A stretch of DNA of 64,000 nucleotides from Octopus sinensis (GCF_006345805.1 NC_042999.1:58404001-58468000); one strand, 5' to 3'; positions 41,251 through 56,212 are shown, numbered from the stretch's first letter. Notes: generated by a model from the sequence alone, not told the origin. Numbers and translations: made by a program.

Positions 41251-41798
41251 TCGATTCAGAAGCATCCGACGCCGTTACAGCAACGTTGTTTATATATATA
41301 TATATATATATGCCGAAACGGCTCTCTGGTACCCCAGTTCCTACTAGATGCTCCCGCAACGTCTTCAGTCTCAACACTTCTAGTTTCTGCAGTAAGCATT
41401 TCGAAAATAAAAGGATACTGAAGACTTCAGAGAGAAGATCCTTGAAGGACCAAGCACACGATGCACGAGAGTTCTAAGGAAAACGTTGCCTAAGCAGGTT
41501 TTGCTTCAGTTAGCCAACAGCTTCTGCATCTCTCACTCCACTCTACAGATGCGGTAACCACTTGGCAAAAACATTTGTTAAAATCGTCATCTGTGTGTTA
41601 TGTGCATGGATTTCTCAATTGGCTCTCTCTTTTTCAGATCCAGTCGTGTGAGTCAAGAAGGAGATTTCTCCACTCACACGAATGAAAATGTCCCCAGTGC
41701 ACTACCAATTGCAGTAAATAGATTAGATAGCGAACATGATTCGCAAAGCGCGTGCACTCACTCACTCACACACACACACATACGCGCACGCGCACACA

Positions 41799-41839
<41 letters not shown>

Positions 41840-42335
41840 GTACACGCGTACACAAAACAGATTGGGAGAGAATGGAAGAATCGACCTTAGTACTGCACTA
41901 GTACTTTATTTCGCGATGCCGAAAGGATGAAGGGTAAGGTGACTACCGCAGGATTTGAACACAGAGCAAACAAGTCTGGAACATATTCAAGAAAGCATTC
42001 TGTCCAACACTATGACACCCCTTACCAAATCGCCTTCTATAAAGACACATACAAATGGAAAAGACAAGTATTTGAGTGGAATCTGGAAAAGAACTCGTTC
42101 AGAAACTATTACTAATGCCAATGAGAAGAGCATCTTCGAAGTTGCTCGACTTACTAGAAATAGCAGCCAAATCTTCGTCAAATCATAATAGACTTTAAAA
42201 AATAAAAAAGAATATAGATGGCATTTTGGATAATGTAGTTCTAAGTACACTCTGAAATAAAAGAGGGAATGGCCATGATTAAAAAACACCTTTTATTGTA
42301 GTTCTAATCTATATCAAGACTGACCGGGAGCTAAA

Positions 42336-42577
<242 letters not shown>

Positions 42578-42844
42578 ACATCAAGGGCGTCGTCAATAAC
42601 AAGATGAAGAATTCTAAGAATTCAATTAGCAACAACCACGCCCCGGATATAGCACATTGACTGTGGAATTGCCAGAAGACATTTCAGATTCCTTAAAATT
42701 ACATATTCTAGTTGCTGTAACTGCTGGTTTGAAATACGTAGTAGACTTCACATGAGAACCACCAGTGTCAAACACACTGTACGAATCATTGGGTAATTTA
42801 TTGATAAGATTTGGATTGACCAAGTAGAATTTTTTTTTGTACTC

Positions 42845-43255
42845 TAGGCACAAGGCCCGAAATTTTGTGAGATGGGGGTGGGGGCCAGTCGATTAGATCG
42901 ACCCCAATATGCAACTGGTACTTAATTTATCGACCCCGAAAGGATGAAAGGCAAAGTCGACCTCAGCGAAATTTGAACTCAGAACGTAGAGACAGACGAA
43001 ATACCGCTAAGCATTTCGCCCGGCGTGCTAACGATTCTTATTTATTTATTGCCCACAAGGGGCTAAACATAGAGGGGACAAACAAGGACAAACAAAGGGA
43101 TTAAGTCAATTACATTGACCCCAGTGCGTAACTACTTAATTTATCGACCCCGAAAAGATGAAAGGCAAAGTCGACCTCGGCGGAATTTGAACTCAGAATG
43201 TAACGGCAGACAAAACACCGCTAAGCATTTCGCCCGGCGTGCTAACGATTCAGCC
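42845..43255 (-). mobile_element. SINE family B head-to-tail dimer
   Basis: Two units joined at gggcaataaataaataa|gaatcgttagcacg (minus strand). Confidence 0.85.
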
Positions 43256-43471
43256 AGCTCACTGTCTTGAAGTAGAATATATTACGTCGTCAGGTATAAA
43301 ATTTGTAGTAAGGTATATGATAAACTTTGACAGCTGCTCATTTTGCGCCATTATTATATTTTGACAATCTTTATTTCTTGTTAGAAAGCTGACTCATCTA
43401 TTTCTTTATTCTAATTCGTTTTGTTTATTTATGAAGTATTTTAAATCGATTTTTGCTATTTTTGTTTAGAG

Positions 43472-43945
43472 ATGGATAAATCGGAAATTCGTACAGTTTT
43501 GAAATATGAGTTCTTTCTTGGAAATACAGCACCATAGATAGCTCGGGATATTAATGGAATGTTTCATTCTAGTGTTATTACCCAGCAGACAGTATCAAAT
43601 TGGTTTGAAAAATTTCGTTCAGGTAACTTTGACTTTACAAATGAGCAACGCTGTCGACCAGAAACAAAGTTGGATTATGACGAACTGAAAGCCACCGTCG
43701 AGTCAGATCCATCTCAAATGACTCACCTAGTTCAAATCGGTAAAGTGAGAAAGTTGGATAAGTGGGTTTCACATGAAGTCAATGAAAATCAGAAATAGCA
43801 ACGTTTGGAAGCCTGCATTATGTTACCTTCTCGTCACAAAAAAAAAGAATAATTTTTAAATCGAATTGTAACATGTGATAAGAAATGGAACAAATACAAC
43901 AATCGTAAACGTTCAGCACAATGGTTGGACAAATATGAGCCACCA
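43472..43945 (+). pseudogene. Decayed mariner transposase (N-terminal HTH to first catalytic D)
   Basis: MDKSEIRTVLKYEF...WFEKFRSGNFDFTNEQRCRPETKLD...KLDKWVSHEV (WVPHEL motif)...FLNRIVTCDKKW (IVTCDEKW motif); internal deletion and stops. Confidence 0.88.
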
Positions 43946-44121
43946 TGTTTCATCCTGCAGTGTGTCCAACAATCACCCTCCTCACCAAGCAGGCTTGGTG
44001 AGGTTGCCAGTTTACTTGCCGACGACCCGACCATGCAACAGGTTGTACTGGGTTACACGTTAGCAGTAGCGCCCAAGAGCAACCTGACATACATACATAC
44101 AAATATACATACATACATATA

Positions 44122-44155
<34 letters not shown>

Positions 44156-44184
44156 CATATATACATTCATACACACATACATTT

Positions 44185-44426
44185 TATCTTTTACTTGCAG
44201 CCATGCTGGGGCTTTGCCTTGAAGAATTTTTAGTCGAATGTTTCGACCCCAGTACTTATTGTTTTTTTAATGAGCCTGGAACTTATTCTATCAGTCTCTT
44301 TTGTCGAATCGCTAAGTTACGAGGACGTAAACATACCAGCACCGGCTGTCTAGCGGTCGTCGTGGGGGACAAACACAAATATAAAGTCACACACATAGAT
44401 GCATACACGCACACAAATACACACGT

Positions 44427-44483
<57 letters not shown>

Positions 44484-44638
44484 GACGTTTCTGTTTCAGT
44501 TTCCATCTACCAAATCCGCTCACAAGGTTCTGGTCATCCTGAAGATATAATAGAAGACACCCAACATGTTATAAGTGGGACTGAACCCGGGAATAGGTGG
44601 TTGGGAAGCAAGCTTCTTACCACACAGCCATGCCTGTG
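44185..44638 (-). mobile_element. SINE family A copy (diverged)
   Basis: gcaagcttcttaccacacagcc head and gtaaacataccagcaccggctgtc body, in reverse. Confidence 0.75.
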
Positions 44639-44995
44639 TGGTAAATGACACTTGCCTATTTCATACATACATACATACATACATACATACATACATACAT
44701 ACATACATACATCACTTTGATGGCATGCCCTGCTCTCTTATCCAAGAGAAAGAGGATAACTACGAAACATTCAGTTTATATACTCAGAACATAAATTCAC
44801 ATTTATATCTATAATGATCGGGGCACCTGGTTTTGTGGGTGAATAATCCAGATGAGAATATAGAAAATTTAGGATTTTCAGTAAAAGAAATTAGCTAATT
44901 TACACGCATATTATAAATGCAATCTGTAAGCGGAACAGTAAACATATGCAAGACTTTTCTCAAGTTCAAAAGGTGAGTTTTTGTTATACTGTTTG

Positions 44996-45393
44996 CTCTT
45001 TTTACTCTTTTAATTGTTTCAGTCATTTGACTCTGGCCATGCTGGAGCACCGCCTTTAGTCGAGCAAATAGACCCCAGGACTTATTCTTTGTAAGCTAGT
45101 ACTTATTATATCGTTCTCTTTTGCCGAACCGCTAGGTTACGGCGACGTAAACACAGCAGCATCGGTTGTCAAGCGGGGGGGGGGGACAGACATACAAACA
45201 TACACACACACATATATGTATACATATATACGACGGGCTTCTTTCAGTTTCCGTCTACCAAATCCATTCATAAGGCTTTGGTAGGTTCGAGGCTATAGTA
45301 GAAAGCATTTGCCCAAGGTGCCATGCAGTGGGACTGAACCTGGAACCATGTGGTTGGTAAGCAAGCTACTTACCACACATCCACTCCTACGCC
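44996..45393 (-). mobile_element. Full-length SINE family A copy
   Basis: Reverse complement of 1662-2067. Confidence 0.88.
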
Positions 45394-46330
45394 TATATTT
45401 TAACAATAGAATTTTGTATCTGTATTAGAAACAAACTCCTTCCTTTATGGAAGACGTAAGAAAATTAAAAAAAGGAAAAGAACTTTCGCACACATTCACA
45501 TTCATACACTTTATCACACACATATATACATTGATAGAATACAAGATAGACATTTCTAAATTACACAGGGTACATCATAATTAGTCACGGCATATTCTTT
45601 TTTGCTGTTTGCAACGAACTCGACCATTGTTCATATGAATAATGGATTAATTGAATTAATTAAATTTTGATACACGATATAACAGAAATATACGTGAGTC
45701 TGCCGCGCAGCAACTGAAGTTCCGTTTCAAGAACTTTGACTCTCATCAGGTGGCGCGTAAAAAGTTAGCAGCCTGTGTGGTCAGTGGCATAAGGATGCCA
45801 GCAACGTGTGCTTGGATATGAAACTATCCAGAACGGTCCCGATTTTATATTCAATCAGATACAAACAGCTTTGGAAAAAAAAGCTACCTAGGAGTCTGTC
45901 ACATGGAATTCACTATCTTGGGGCATACACACTCATTAAAAAGACATATGCGTACTTCATAAGGTCCATCAAGTTTAGTTTTAGTGAGATCTTTTTCGCC
46001 GATGTGCTGAACAAATCCTAATATGAATTAGGAATTATTTGAGAGTATGGTGCTGAGTCTATGCAGTAAAAGAATAAACAAGTCAGTCAACTTCTGATAT
46101 ATAATATAATATAAAGAAAAAAAATAAGATCTTACTTCGTAGGAAGTCTTACACTACATAATGTTCTCATTCAAGAACTGTATCCCTCATTAAGTGATAG
46201 AGAAAAGATAGGATACATCTGAGCCTTGCTATACATAGAAATGGAATTAGATCTAAAACTGCCCAGCAAGAACGAAACTAAAAAACAATTAGTATTTGTA
46301 TCAAATCAAACTGGATGAAATGGTGTAAAG

Positions 46331-46603
46331 CAGTGCTACTCAAAGTGGTGGTGGTCCGCGGACCGGTGCCGGTCCGCGGCGAGTTTCCAGAAAAGAAAGA
46401 AACATTATAAAATGCTTATGTAATATTTCATTATTTGTTTACAAAATAAATATAAGATAAAACAAAAATTTGTCAACTTTTATTATATTCATTATATATA
46501 TTGTTTCCGGTATAAATTAATATTAAAAGAAATATTATCCGTCTCTGGCACATTAGAAAAAAAAACTGTCGGTACGCCACATCAGATAGTTTGAGAAGCA
46601 TTG
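46331..46603. mobile_element. hAT (Charlie-type) MITE, 273 bp, with 8-bp TSD
   Basis: TIRs CAGTGCTACTCAAA / TTTGAGAAGCATTG; GTGTAAAG at 46323-46330 and 46604-46611. Confidence 0.92.
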
Positions 46604-47555
46604 GTGTAAAGAACACAGTATTCCTCTGCGACTGGTAAAATTTAATCACTTTTAGTGTTCTGACTGAACTTTTATAATTTCACCCTTGAGAAAAGAAATA
46701 AGTATTATAATTCACATTTATTGCTATCCTTATCGAAGAAACCATGCTTAATTTATATATAATTTCAGTTTATCTCATTTCAGTTTAGAGTTTTTGAACT
46801 CTATAACATCTGTTTAGAGACACACTTTACTTTTTCATTCCTTATAACACCGCAGGGCATGGTTATAACTCAACTTGTTTACAGTTGCTCTTTATTATTT
46901 AATTATTTTTCATCTACCAATGCCTTGATAATCATTACAACGTTATTTTTAATCACTCTCAGAACAAAACTCATTGAGATATTACCTCTGGTTTTGAGAG
47001 ATTTGTTTACAATTTGTCTTGGCCTTACTTTCAAATTTAATCATTCCAGTGCTATCTTTATCTTAAATGCATTTATAAATTTAATTGCATTTAGTCCTTA
47101 CCACTCACCTTCTATGCTTAACCCTCATTCTTTCACATATCTTGAAACAAGCTGTCTAATTCTCCGTTAAAGATAAATCTTGTAGATAGTAAAACCCTTT
47201 ACGTACAGCTTTTTATGGACTGGTTCATAAGTATACAAGTTATACTTTTTATGAATATCTAAAAGGGAATTATTTCCGATCATCATTTGAAATTAGTCTG
47301 TAAATTAAACAGGCAAACACGTTGTCTTGTACTTCTTGTATAGCATGTATAACATGTAAGTTTTTCAACTTGCATTTAACCGTTACTTAAAAATCCGAGA
47401 GAAAGAGAGAAAGTGAGGGAGAAAAAGAGAGAGAGAGAGAGAAAAGAGAGAGAGAGGGAGGGAGAGAAAGAGGGAGAGAGAGAAAGAGGGAGAGAGAGAA
47501 AGAGGGAGAGAAAGAGGGAGAGAGAGAAAACGTGGTTACTTTTGTAAGTTGATAA

Positions 47556-47943
47556 TCTTATGTAAAGCTGAAGTTGTCTGTGTATGGCAGGTTTGATAGC
47601 CTTCAACTAACACTATCTCCTCCGAGACCCTGCGGCGCAAGTTGACCAAAATTGAGAGTATGATAGAAGAAGGCTTTCTCTTCATTCCGTAGAAGATAAA
47701 ATTCAAATCGGACCATGTTAAGACCAAAAATTATTTACATCAAAAAGGTGCTTTTTTTCCTATGAAAATCCCTATTTTTTACGATTTTTTGACAGCTGTG
47801 TCGCCATTTTTCGGTGTATTTCAACCAGAAAAATGTTCACTTAAAGAGAATAACAAGCTACATAATGCAAAATTTTTACTTTTCAAAAATTCTAATTCTA
47901 AAGGGTCGAAACAAACTCGAGCAACGCCGGGTGATACTGCTAG
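47556..47943 (+). mobile_element. Non-autonomous Helitron-like element
   Basis: Starts A|TC(ttatgtaaagctgaag) and ends gagcaacgccgggtgatactgCTAG|T; no TSD. Confidence 0.55.
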
Positions 47944-47955
47944 TCTTTAATTAAT

Positions 47956-48990
47956 ATCAAGGCCCGTCCAAAAAGAAACCGTATTTTATAAAATTAAATT
48001 TATTCTTTACATGCAATTTAATCAAACATATCTCTTTAAAATAGTTCTCTCCATCTATCCACTGTTGATACATTGCCCCCCCCCCCCAGCCCAGCGTTTT
48101 CTCCAGTTTTGGAATTCCTTCTTGAATACATTTTTAGGCCTAGTGAGAAGTGGTTGCAGCAAGTTGTCTTTGATCTTTTCTACCACCTAAAACCGGGTAA
48201 GTTTCAAAGTGCGTTTCAACTTCGGAAAAAAAAAGTCAAAAGCAGACAGATTCAAAGAGCAGGGAAGCTGGTAGACGAGAGTAGTCTTGTTGTTTGCCCA
48301 AGCGTCACAGACAAAGTATAATGCGTGAGCAGGTGGGTTGCGCAATAATGCAGAATTCAAGTTTTGTTTGTCCATGCCTCTGTCATGTAAAATTCTTTAC
48401 TGATCATCTGACTATGCAAACTCATGATGAACAGTGCCCTTCCAATCAAAAATAAAAGGCAATCAACACCCACTCCACATTTGAGCGATTCAGACGTATT
48501 GTTTGTGGACGCGGCAATGAGGAGCGAACTTATTATCTTACTGCGAAGGGTAGTTTTGTTACGACATTTTTTATTCCATTTTCAGAAAGTATTCTTCAGT
48601 TTTTGAGCTATGAATCATGTCCAGGCTCACTGTGGCTCAATTGGCATTTTGCTCATGTGTTAGCACACGTGACACATATGTTGCAATAACACGAGACATC
48701 TTCAGTTTTTCTTTTAAACCTAGGTGGCTCAAACTTTATGGAGTCGTCTCGGGAAACTTCTCGCATAGTTAAGCGATGATTTTTAAGGATAGTAGTACGC
48801 ACGTCCGCAACTTGATCGAGTGTCGAAGAAAGCGGTCCAGTATTAAGACCCTCTTGGATCGATGTTCCTAGTAATGAAAGAAAATGGGATAGCTTTGATT
48901 GCATATGAAATCTAAGGAAAATTGATGAATAATAGCACATTAAGATGGCCAAGAATTTGGGGATGAAATGGACCAGGTGTCAGGGTGTGA
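47956..48990 (-). pseudogene. Highly decayed mariner element
   Basis: RLTMREVS (HTH), DWKGTVHHEF, LLRNPPAH, LPCSLNLSAFDFFFPKLK (YSPDLAP.DF motif); TIR-like aaggcccgtccaaaaagaaaccgt at ~47960. Confidence 0.7.
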
Positions 48991-49505
48991 TTAAAAGTTT
49001 CAGTAGTGAATGGAATTAGTAGTATATGACCACGAAAATGTAGTGTCGAGGTGCTTTGTACTAAATAATACTAATAATAATGATTATATATATACATTTA
49101 TATAGGCAGGTGTGCGTGTGCGTATGAATGTGTCATAATCATTATTATTAGTATTATATATATATATATTAGAAGGTTTGGAGATGATGCACAGGTATTA
49201 TATATTAGAAGAAATGAGCTACTCAGAAATCCGGATGGTTTTATATTTACAGATATTTATTAGTATGTTACATGTTTTTATAAATCATATATCATATATC
49301 ATATATAAGCGCTTTCGTCCATTCTAGTGGAGTCTCTTCATTTACCCCCCTTTTTATTCTCTCCACTCTTTCCCTCTCCTTCTAATTCTCTTCTTTTTCT
49401 CTCCTCTGAATACATATCTAGTCATCAAACTTAATAGCCAACTTACTGCTCTAACCACATGCATATTGAAGTATTTCCATCAATTTCGACATATTTTAAA
49501 AATTC

Positions 49506-49580
49506 TTTAACTGAAGAAGGTTTACGTAATGGATGCATTTCCTGTTACGTATTACGCAAACCTGAAACGTACGTATTAAA
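49506..49580 (+). ncRNA. Type I hammerhead ribozyme motif
   Basis: TTTAA CTGAAGA AGGTTT-ACGTAAT...ATTACGC-AAACCT GAA ACGTACGT A TTAAA: all three helices pair, palindromic helix III, GUA site. Confidence 0.8.
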
Positions 49581-49881
49581 TGGCTTCAAAATATGTCTAT
49601 TCGGTTAGATTTTATTATGGCAACTACATACATATTTACATAAAAATAGAAAATGTTTCCTTCTCAAGCCATGCCAGGCACATAAGGGTCGGTTTCCCGG
49701 TTTCAGTGGGATATATATTCGCCACCTGGACGGGACGCCGGTCCGTTGCAGGATTACTCATTTTTGCCAGCTGAGTGGACTGGAACAACGTGAAATGAAG
49801 TGGTTTTCTCAAGAATATACATACATACATACATACATACATACATACATGCATACATACATACATACATACATACATACA

Positions 49882-49913
<32 letters not shown>

Positions 49914-49948
49914 CGTATGTACGTATGTATGTAAGTATGTATGTATCC

Positions 49949-50027
<79 letters not shown>

Positions 50028-50075
50028 CATTTATTTATATGTCTGTCTGTCTATTTATCTATTCATCCATCCGCC

Positions 50076-50129
<54 letters not shown>

Positions 50130-50339
50130 TTTGGATAATCGACGCTATTAAAAATTCTGGTATTGAGTTCCTTTTTCTAAGTTTGTGGTTATTTGTTCCA
50201 TTGAAGAAACAAAATCTCTCTCTCCCCCTTCTCCTTCACACACATTCATACGCACAAGTACCTCATCCATATATACACATAGATAAATACCTACAGACAT
50301 ATATATATATAATTTTGTAATGTACATAATAACTTTATA

Positions 50340-50434
<95 letters not shown>

Positions 50435-50879
50435 CGTATGTATGTAGTATGTATGTATGTATGTATGTATGTATGTATGTATGTATGTATGTATGTATGT
50501 ATGTATGAAGTGCATTTGTCATTTCCTATAACGCTGGGTTTTTATGGCTTAAAGGCTAAATTTAAGCTTCAATGGATTCTCCCGCTTTTGAATGAGCTGA
50601 ATTCATATTTAGTTTGACTACTTTCATAAATGTCTCCTAATCTCCAATTTTCCACTTTTTTTTAGCATTCCACCAACGCGACCACACTTCCCCCACCACA
50701 TCTTTGTATTCCCCCCTCCTCGTCCTTCTCCTCCACCTCCTCCTGCTCCTCTTCTTATCCTATAATAAATCATCAAATTATTTTTTCCTTTTTACCCTTT
50801 AGTTCTTCATATTTCTTTTGAGATTTTTTCAAGCGCATATTTTATAAAGACACTTCAGTGGCATCGCAGCGTATTGTAA

Positions 50880-50921
50880 TGTATACTACAACAATGACGA
50901 CGACGATGACGACGACGACAG

Positions 50922-50970
<49 letters not shown>

Positions 50971-50971
50971 A

Positions 50972-51003
<32 letters not shown>

Positions 51004-51045
51004 CACCACCACCACCACCACCACCACCACTACTACTACTACTAC
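50880..51045. repeat. (ACG)/(CTA)/(CCA) trinucleotide tract
   Basis: Directly visible. Confidence 0.95.
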
Positions 51046-51636
51046 ATTTACACTATTGTTTCCTCCTATATGTATTTTGCTTCTTCTCTTTTACACCAAT
51101 GCATTATTTAAATTTTTGATATTCTTCTTCTTCTTCTTCTTCTTCTTCTTCTTCTCATTATTATTGTTGTTGTTGTCGGTGATGGAATTGTTTTTTTTTG
51201 GGTATTTTATTGTTCTATTTATTTGATTGTCTACATATTATTATTATTATTATTATTATTATATTATTATTATTATTATTATTATTATTGGTATTATTGA
51301 TCTTGTTGGTGCTGTTGTAAAATAAACATAATATCAAAATAAAAGAAAGAGAAAAAAGCAAATAAATAAATATATGAAAAATGATTTTTCGAATAATCAA
51401 CGATGGCAGTTTTTGCATGCAAGTGTGTTGTTATTTATTGGATATATTTCAGGGATTCCAACTCATTTTTAACGTTCTTGTTCAGTGTCTTGTACAGTTT
51501 GCAATAAATTTAAAATTATAACTGAAATTCTGTAGCGAATGTGATTTAGAACATTCGTTTCCGTCCAGAAGATCAAATTATCTCTCTTCTTATTGTACAC
51601 ATGCATGTAGCGTAAAGATAAAGCAACAAGGTTTTC

Positions 51637-51698
<62 letters not shown>

Positions 51699-51959
51699 TG
51701 ATAGATTGATAGATTGATAGATAGATACATTGATAGATGGAGAGAGAGATAAATAGATACATAGACAGAGAGACAGGCAGATACATGGATGGAAAGATAG
51801 AGGCGGATAGATAGAGGGATGAAAAGATACAGAGGCACATAGATAAAGGGATGTATTGATGATAAATAGATAAATATATAGATAGTTGATATATAGATAA
51901 ATGGATAGATAAGTGGTGAGTAAATAGACTAATAACTAACCTATCAGGTACATAGGGAG

Positions 51960-52052
<93 letters not shown>

Positions 52053-52065
52053 CCTACCTACCTAC

Positions 52066-52139
<74 letters not shown>

Positions 52140-52140
52140 G
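51637..52140. repeat. (GATA)n followed by inverted (TATC)n tracts
   Basis: Directly visible. Confidence 0.9.
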
Positions 52141-52456
52141 TCTGTCTAACTGTCTGTCTGTCTGTCAGTTTGTCTATTAATCTATTTCACTTCCTTCTCT
52201 CTCTATGCTTACATACATACATACAAGCATGCATGCGTACGTACATGCATACACACATATATACATGCACATGCACACACATATGCAGAGATGTATAGAT
52301 AAAGAAATATACAGAATGAAATTAGAAAAAAATGTGTCTATATGGAAGTACATATGCATATTTATATATAAGCACATGCATAAACAGACATGTAAATAGA
52401 TATGTTTGTATATATATATATATATGAGAGAAAGATAGATAAATAGATAGATAGAT

Positions 52457-52488
<32 letters not shown>

Positions 52489-52734
52489 TAAAGCGAGAGG
52501 GAAAACACCTATTTCTGTTTAATGATTTTTTTAAATGACTTGTAACTATTTTATTAACAATGAGGTGAGTACTCAATGATTTTCAATTGGATATTAAAAT
52601 AAAAATAAAAATAAATGTCGTTGATTAAAATAAATAAAAGCTAATATAAAAATTTGTTGTATGGAATCTGAAACTTCACAAATTTTTGTGTATCTTTTTT
52701 AAAGTAAAGTTCTGTAAGTTTTTATTTTCTCAAG

Positions 52735-52810
<76 letters not shown>

Positions 52811-52811
52811 T

Positions 52812-52859
<48 letters not shown>

Positions 52860-52935
52860 TATTATTATCATTATTATTATTATTACTATTATTATTATAT
52901 TATAATAATAATAATAATATAATAATAATATTATT
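52735..52935. repeat. (TTA)n switching to (ATA)n
   Basis: Directly visible. Confidence 0.9.
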
Positions 52936-53369
52936 ACTCATTGTAATATGTGACGTGAAAAACACAGACTGTGATCGAGAAATCAACAGAGGGAGAACAA
53001 TTAAACATATAGAAAATATAGACATGTACTATATCCACACACATATACACCCCGAGACACACACACACACGCAACTCATCTCCCCACACACATACAAAAA
53101 TACAAACCATCAATGTGCATGTCTGTCGGTCAACCATTTTGAAGAAAATTTTAATCATAGGCGGAAAGACAATATCGATGACGGATAGGAAACAGCTATC
53201 TTCAGAACTAGACATCTGACTTGAATGCTTGCAACTAGATAGATTTTGCTAAAGATAAGCAAAGCTAGAGTGGAACAAATTGTTGCGAAATATAACCCGA
53301 GTCACATTCTAGCTATCATACAAAGTAAGAAGAATACGCTAGATACCGTATATCGTAGAAGATTTCAGA

Positions 53370-53427
<58 letters not shown>

Positions 53428-53447
53428 GTAATAATAATAATAATAAT

Positions 53448-54971
53448 ATATACTTAGGAATCCATGAACTAATAGACATAACACAACACACACAACAAAT
53501 GAAAGAGAAAATAAAAAAAAATATTATAGACGAGTTAGATCAATACTAAAAACAGAGCTCAATGAAAAACAGATATAGGTATTAACACTTTAGCTGTCCC
53601 AGTTATAAGTTACAGCTACACTATCCTTAACTGGACACTAAATGAACTGACCAAAATAGATAGGAAAACAAGAAAAATACTGACAGGATCTAGGATGCAT
53701 CACCCAAAATCTGACATAGAAAGACTATTATACAACGTATAGAAGGTGGTGAGGCCTTATACAGCTGGAAAACTACTATAAAATAACCACCATAGGACTA
53801 GGACTGCAAAAATCTATCTTCAGAAGGAGGGAAAACTGATACATAGCGCGGCAAAACACGAGCAAAACAAAAAAACTGTTCTCAGTATTTAAGGAAGCTG
53901 ACAATACAACAAGAAATCATAACCCCTAATAAATATGAAAGAGAAGAAGAAGAAGAAGAAGAAGAAGAAGAAGAAGAAAGAGAAGAAGAAGAAGAAGAAA
54001 GAGAGAAAGAATAAGAAGAAGAATAAGAAGAAGAAGAAGAAGAAGAAGAAACAACAAAAGCTATAAAACATATGAAATCCAAACTAAAAATAGAACAGCA
54101 ACGAACCATGATAAAACAATGGCAAGAAAGCCCCTTCATGGTAAATACTGGACTAAACTAACGCAAAAGAAATAGACAAAGAAAAATCCCAGCAATGGTT
54201 GAGAAGCTCAGGACTCAAAGCAGAGAAGAGGGATTTTTAATTGCAGCACAAGACCAAAGCCTCCCCACCAGAAAGTACCAAAAACATGTAATGAAAAGAA
54301 ATAACAAGTAACTGCAGAATATGTGGAGATGGACAAGAAACAATAATCATATTATCTCTGGCTGCCTAGTCCTGCCTAAGAAGGAATATATTCACAGACA
54401 TGACAGAGTTGGAACCTACATACATTTGAAGCTATGCCAACATTATGGAATAACAACAGAAAAAGATGGTAGGCACACACCAGAAAAGGTCACAGAAAAC
54501 GAGAAAGCAACCATACTCTGGGATATGCCGATACACACAGATAGAGAAATTAAAGCCAACAGACCAGATATAGTTGTCAGAGATCATGAAGAAAAAAAAT
54601 GCTTTCTAATTGATGTATCAATACCGCAGATGACAACGTGTCTCTAAAAGAAATGGAGAAACTCTCAAAATACAAAGACCTGGAAATAGAGGTAACTAGA
54701 ATGTGGAGTCTAAAAACAGAAACAATACCTATCATAGTAGGTGCATTAGGCATGATAAAAAAATATTCAGACAAATGCATAACAAAGACACCAGGACTTA
54801 CAAACACATATAACATACCGAAAATTGTACTACTAGGCACTGCACACATCCTACGTAGAACACTTTCCATACAATAACCATCAGAGCATCACAACAAATC
54901 ACAGCACATACCTAAGTCACACAGAGCTGCGCTCGGTAGTGAAGTGAAAGCACGCTATAAAAATAAAACTA

Positions 54972-54974
<3 letters not shown>
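53448..54974 (+). mobile_element. 5'-truncated R4/Dong-like LINE (end of RT, CCHC knuckle, RLE, 3'UTR), frameshifted, between (AAT)n tracts
   Basis: YLGIHE...INTLAVPVISYS...RKTRKIL..MHHPKSDIERL...AAQDQSLPTR...CRICG....HIISGC...RHDRVG...ILWDMPIHTDREIKANRPDIVV...LIDVSIP...PIIVGALG...LRRTLSIQ*. Confidence 0.92.
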
Positions 54975-55040
<66 letters not shown>

Positions 55041-55059
55041 TATAATAATAATAATAATA

Positions 55060-55758
55060 GACCACCTAATCTCAGGGGTAGAGTCTTAGCACCTGCAGAA
55101 TATAAGCAAGACATGACAGAGTCGGCCAGTATTTACATTGGACAATATGTCGGCATTATAAAATCAAAACCGCTAACAAATGGTATAAACACCATCTTGA
55201 AGCTGTGACTGAGGGAGAAAATGTGTCGATTCTATGGGACTTCCCCATATAGACCAACAAAACTATAAAAGCTAATAAACCGGATATTATTATAAAAGAT
55301 CAGAGAAAAAAGATGTGTTTATTAATTGACATGAGTATTCCTTGCGATCACAATATAGCGGCGAATGAATTTGACAAGATTAGTAAATATAAAGACATGC
55401 TAATAGAAATTGAAAAATGTGGCATCTGAAGGCGACTACAGTACATGTGATTGTAGGATCTCTAGGGATGATAAATAAGGTACTGAAACCTATTTGAAAA
55501 TGATTCCAGGCTTACTATCCCTACAGGAAGTGCAAAAAATCGTATTAACTGGAACGGCTCATGTACTGAGAAGAGCCTTATCGCTGTGAAAACAACATCC
55601 ATCTATGAATTTATATATTTATTAATTTTTAAATACATATTTTATCAGTGAATTTGCGTGTGTAATCTGGGAATGCATACAATGAGCTTCTCTGCCCTAG
55701 GTGTATGGAAAACACTCGGCGAGAAACGGAAGAAAATTTGAAGAAAGAAGGAAAAAAC
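55060..55758 (+). mobile_element. 5'-truncated R4/Dong-like LINE (same subfamily as 8934-9487), between (AAT)n tracts
   Basis: DHLISG.RVLAPAEYK.RHDRVGQYLHWTICRHYKIKTANKWYKHHLEAVTEGENVSILWDFPI...; 3'UTR nearly identical to 9322-9487. Confidence 0.88.
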
Positions 55759-55825
55759 ATAATAATAATAATTATAATAATAATAAATAACAGGATCTAA
55801 AATCAACAGAAAACAGAACTAGAAG

Positions 55826-55889
<64 letters not shown>

Positions 55890-55904
55890 TATATATATAT
55901 TATT

Positions 55905-56212
55905 CTTTTACTCTTTTACTTGTTTCAGTCATTTGTCTGTGGTCATGCTGGAGCATCGCCTTTAGTCGAGCAAATCGACTCCAGGAGTTATTCTTTGTAA
56001 ACCTAGTACTTATTCTATCGGTCTCTTATGCCGAACCGCTAAGTTACGGGGACGTAAACACACCAGCATCGGTTGTCAAGCGATGTTGGGGACAAATACA
56101 GACACACAAACATACACCCCCACCCCCACACGCACATATATACTCACAAGGCTTTGGTCGGCCCGAGGCTATAGTAGAAGATACTTGCCCAAGGTACCAC
56201 GCAGTGGGAATG
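55905..56212 (-). mobile_element. SINE family A copy with internal deletion
   Basis: cttttactcttttacttgtttcagtcatttg...gccgaaccgctaagttacggggacgtaaacacaccagcatcgg. Confidence 0.8.
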
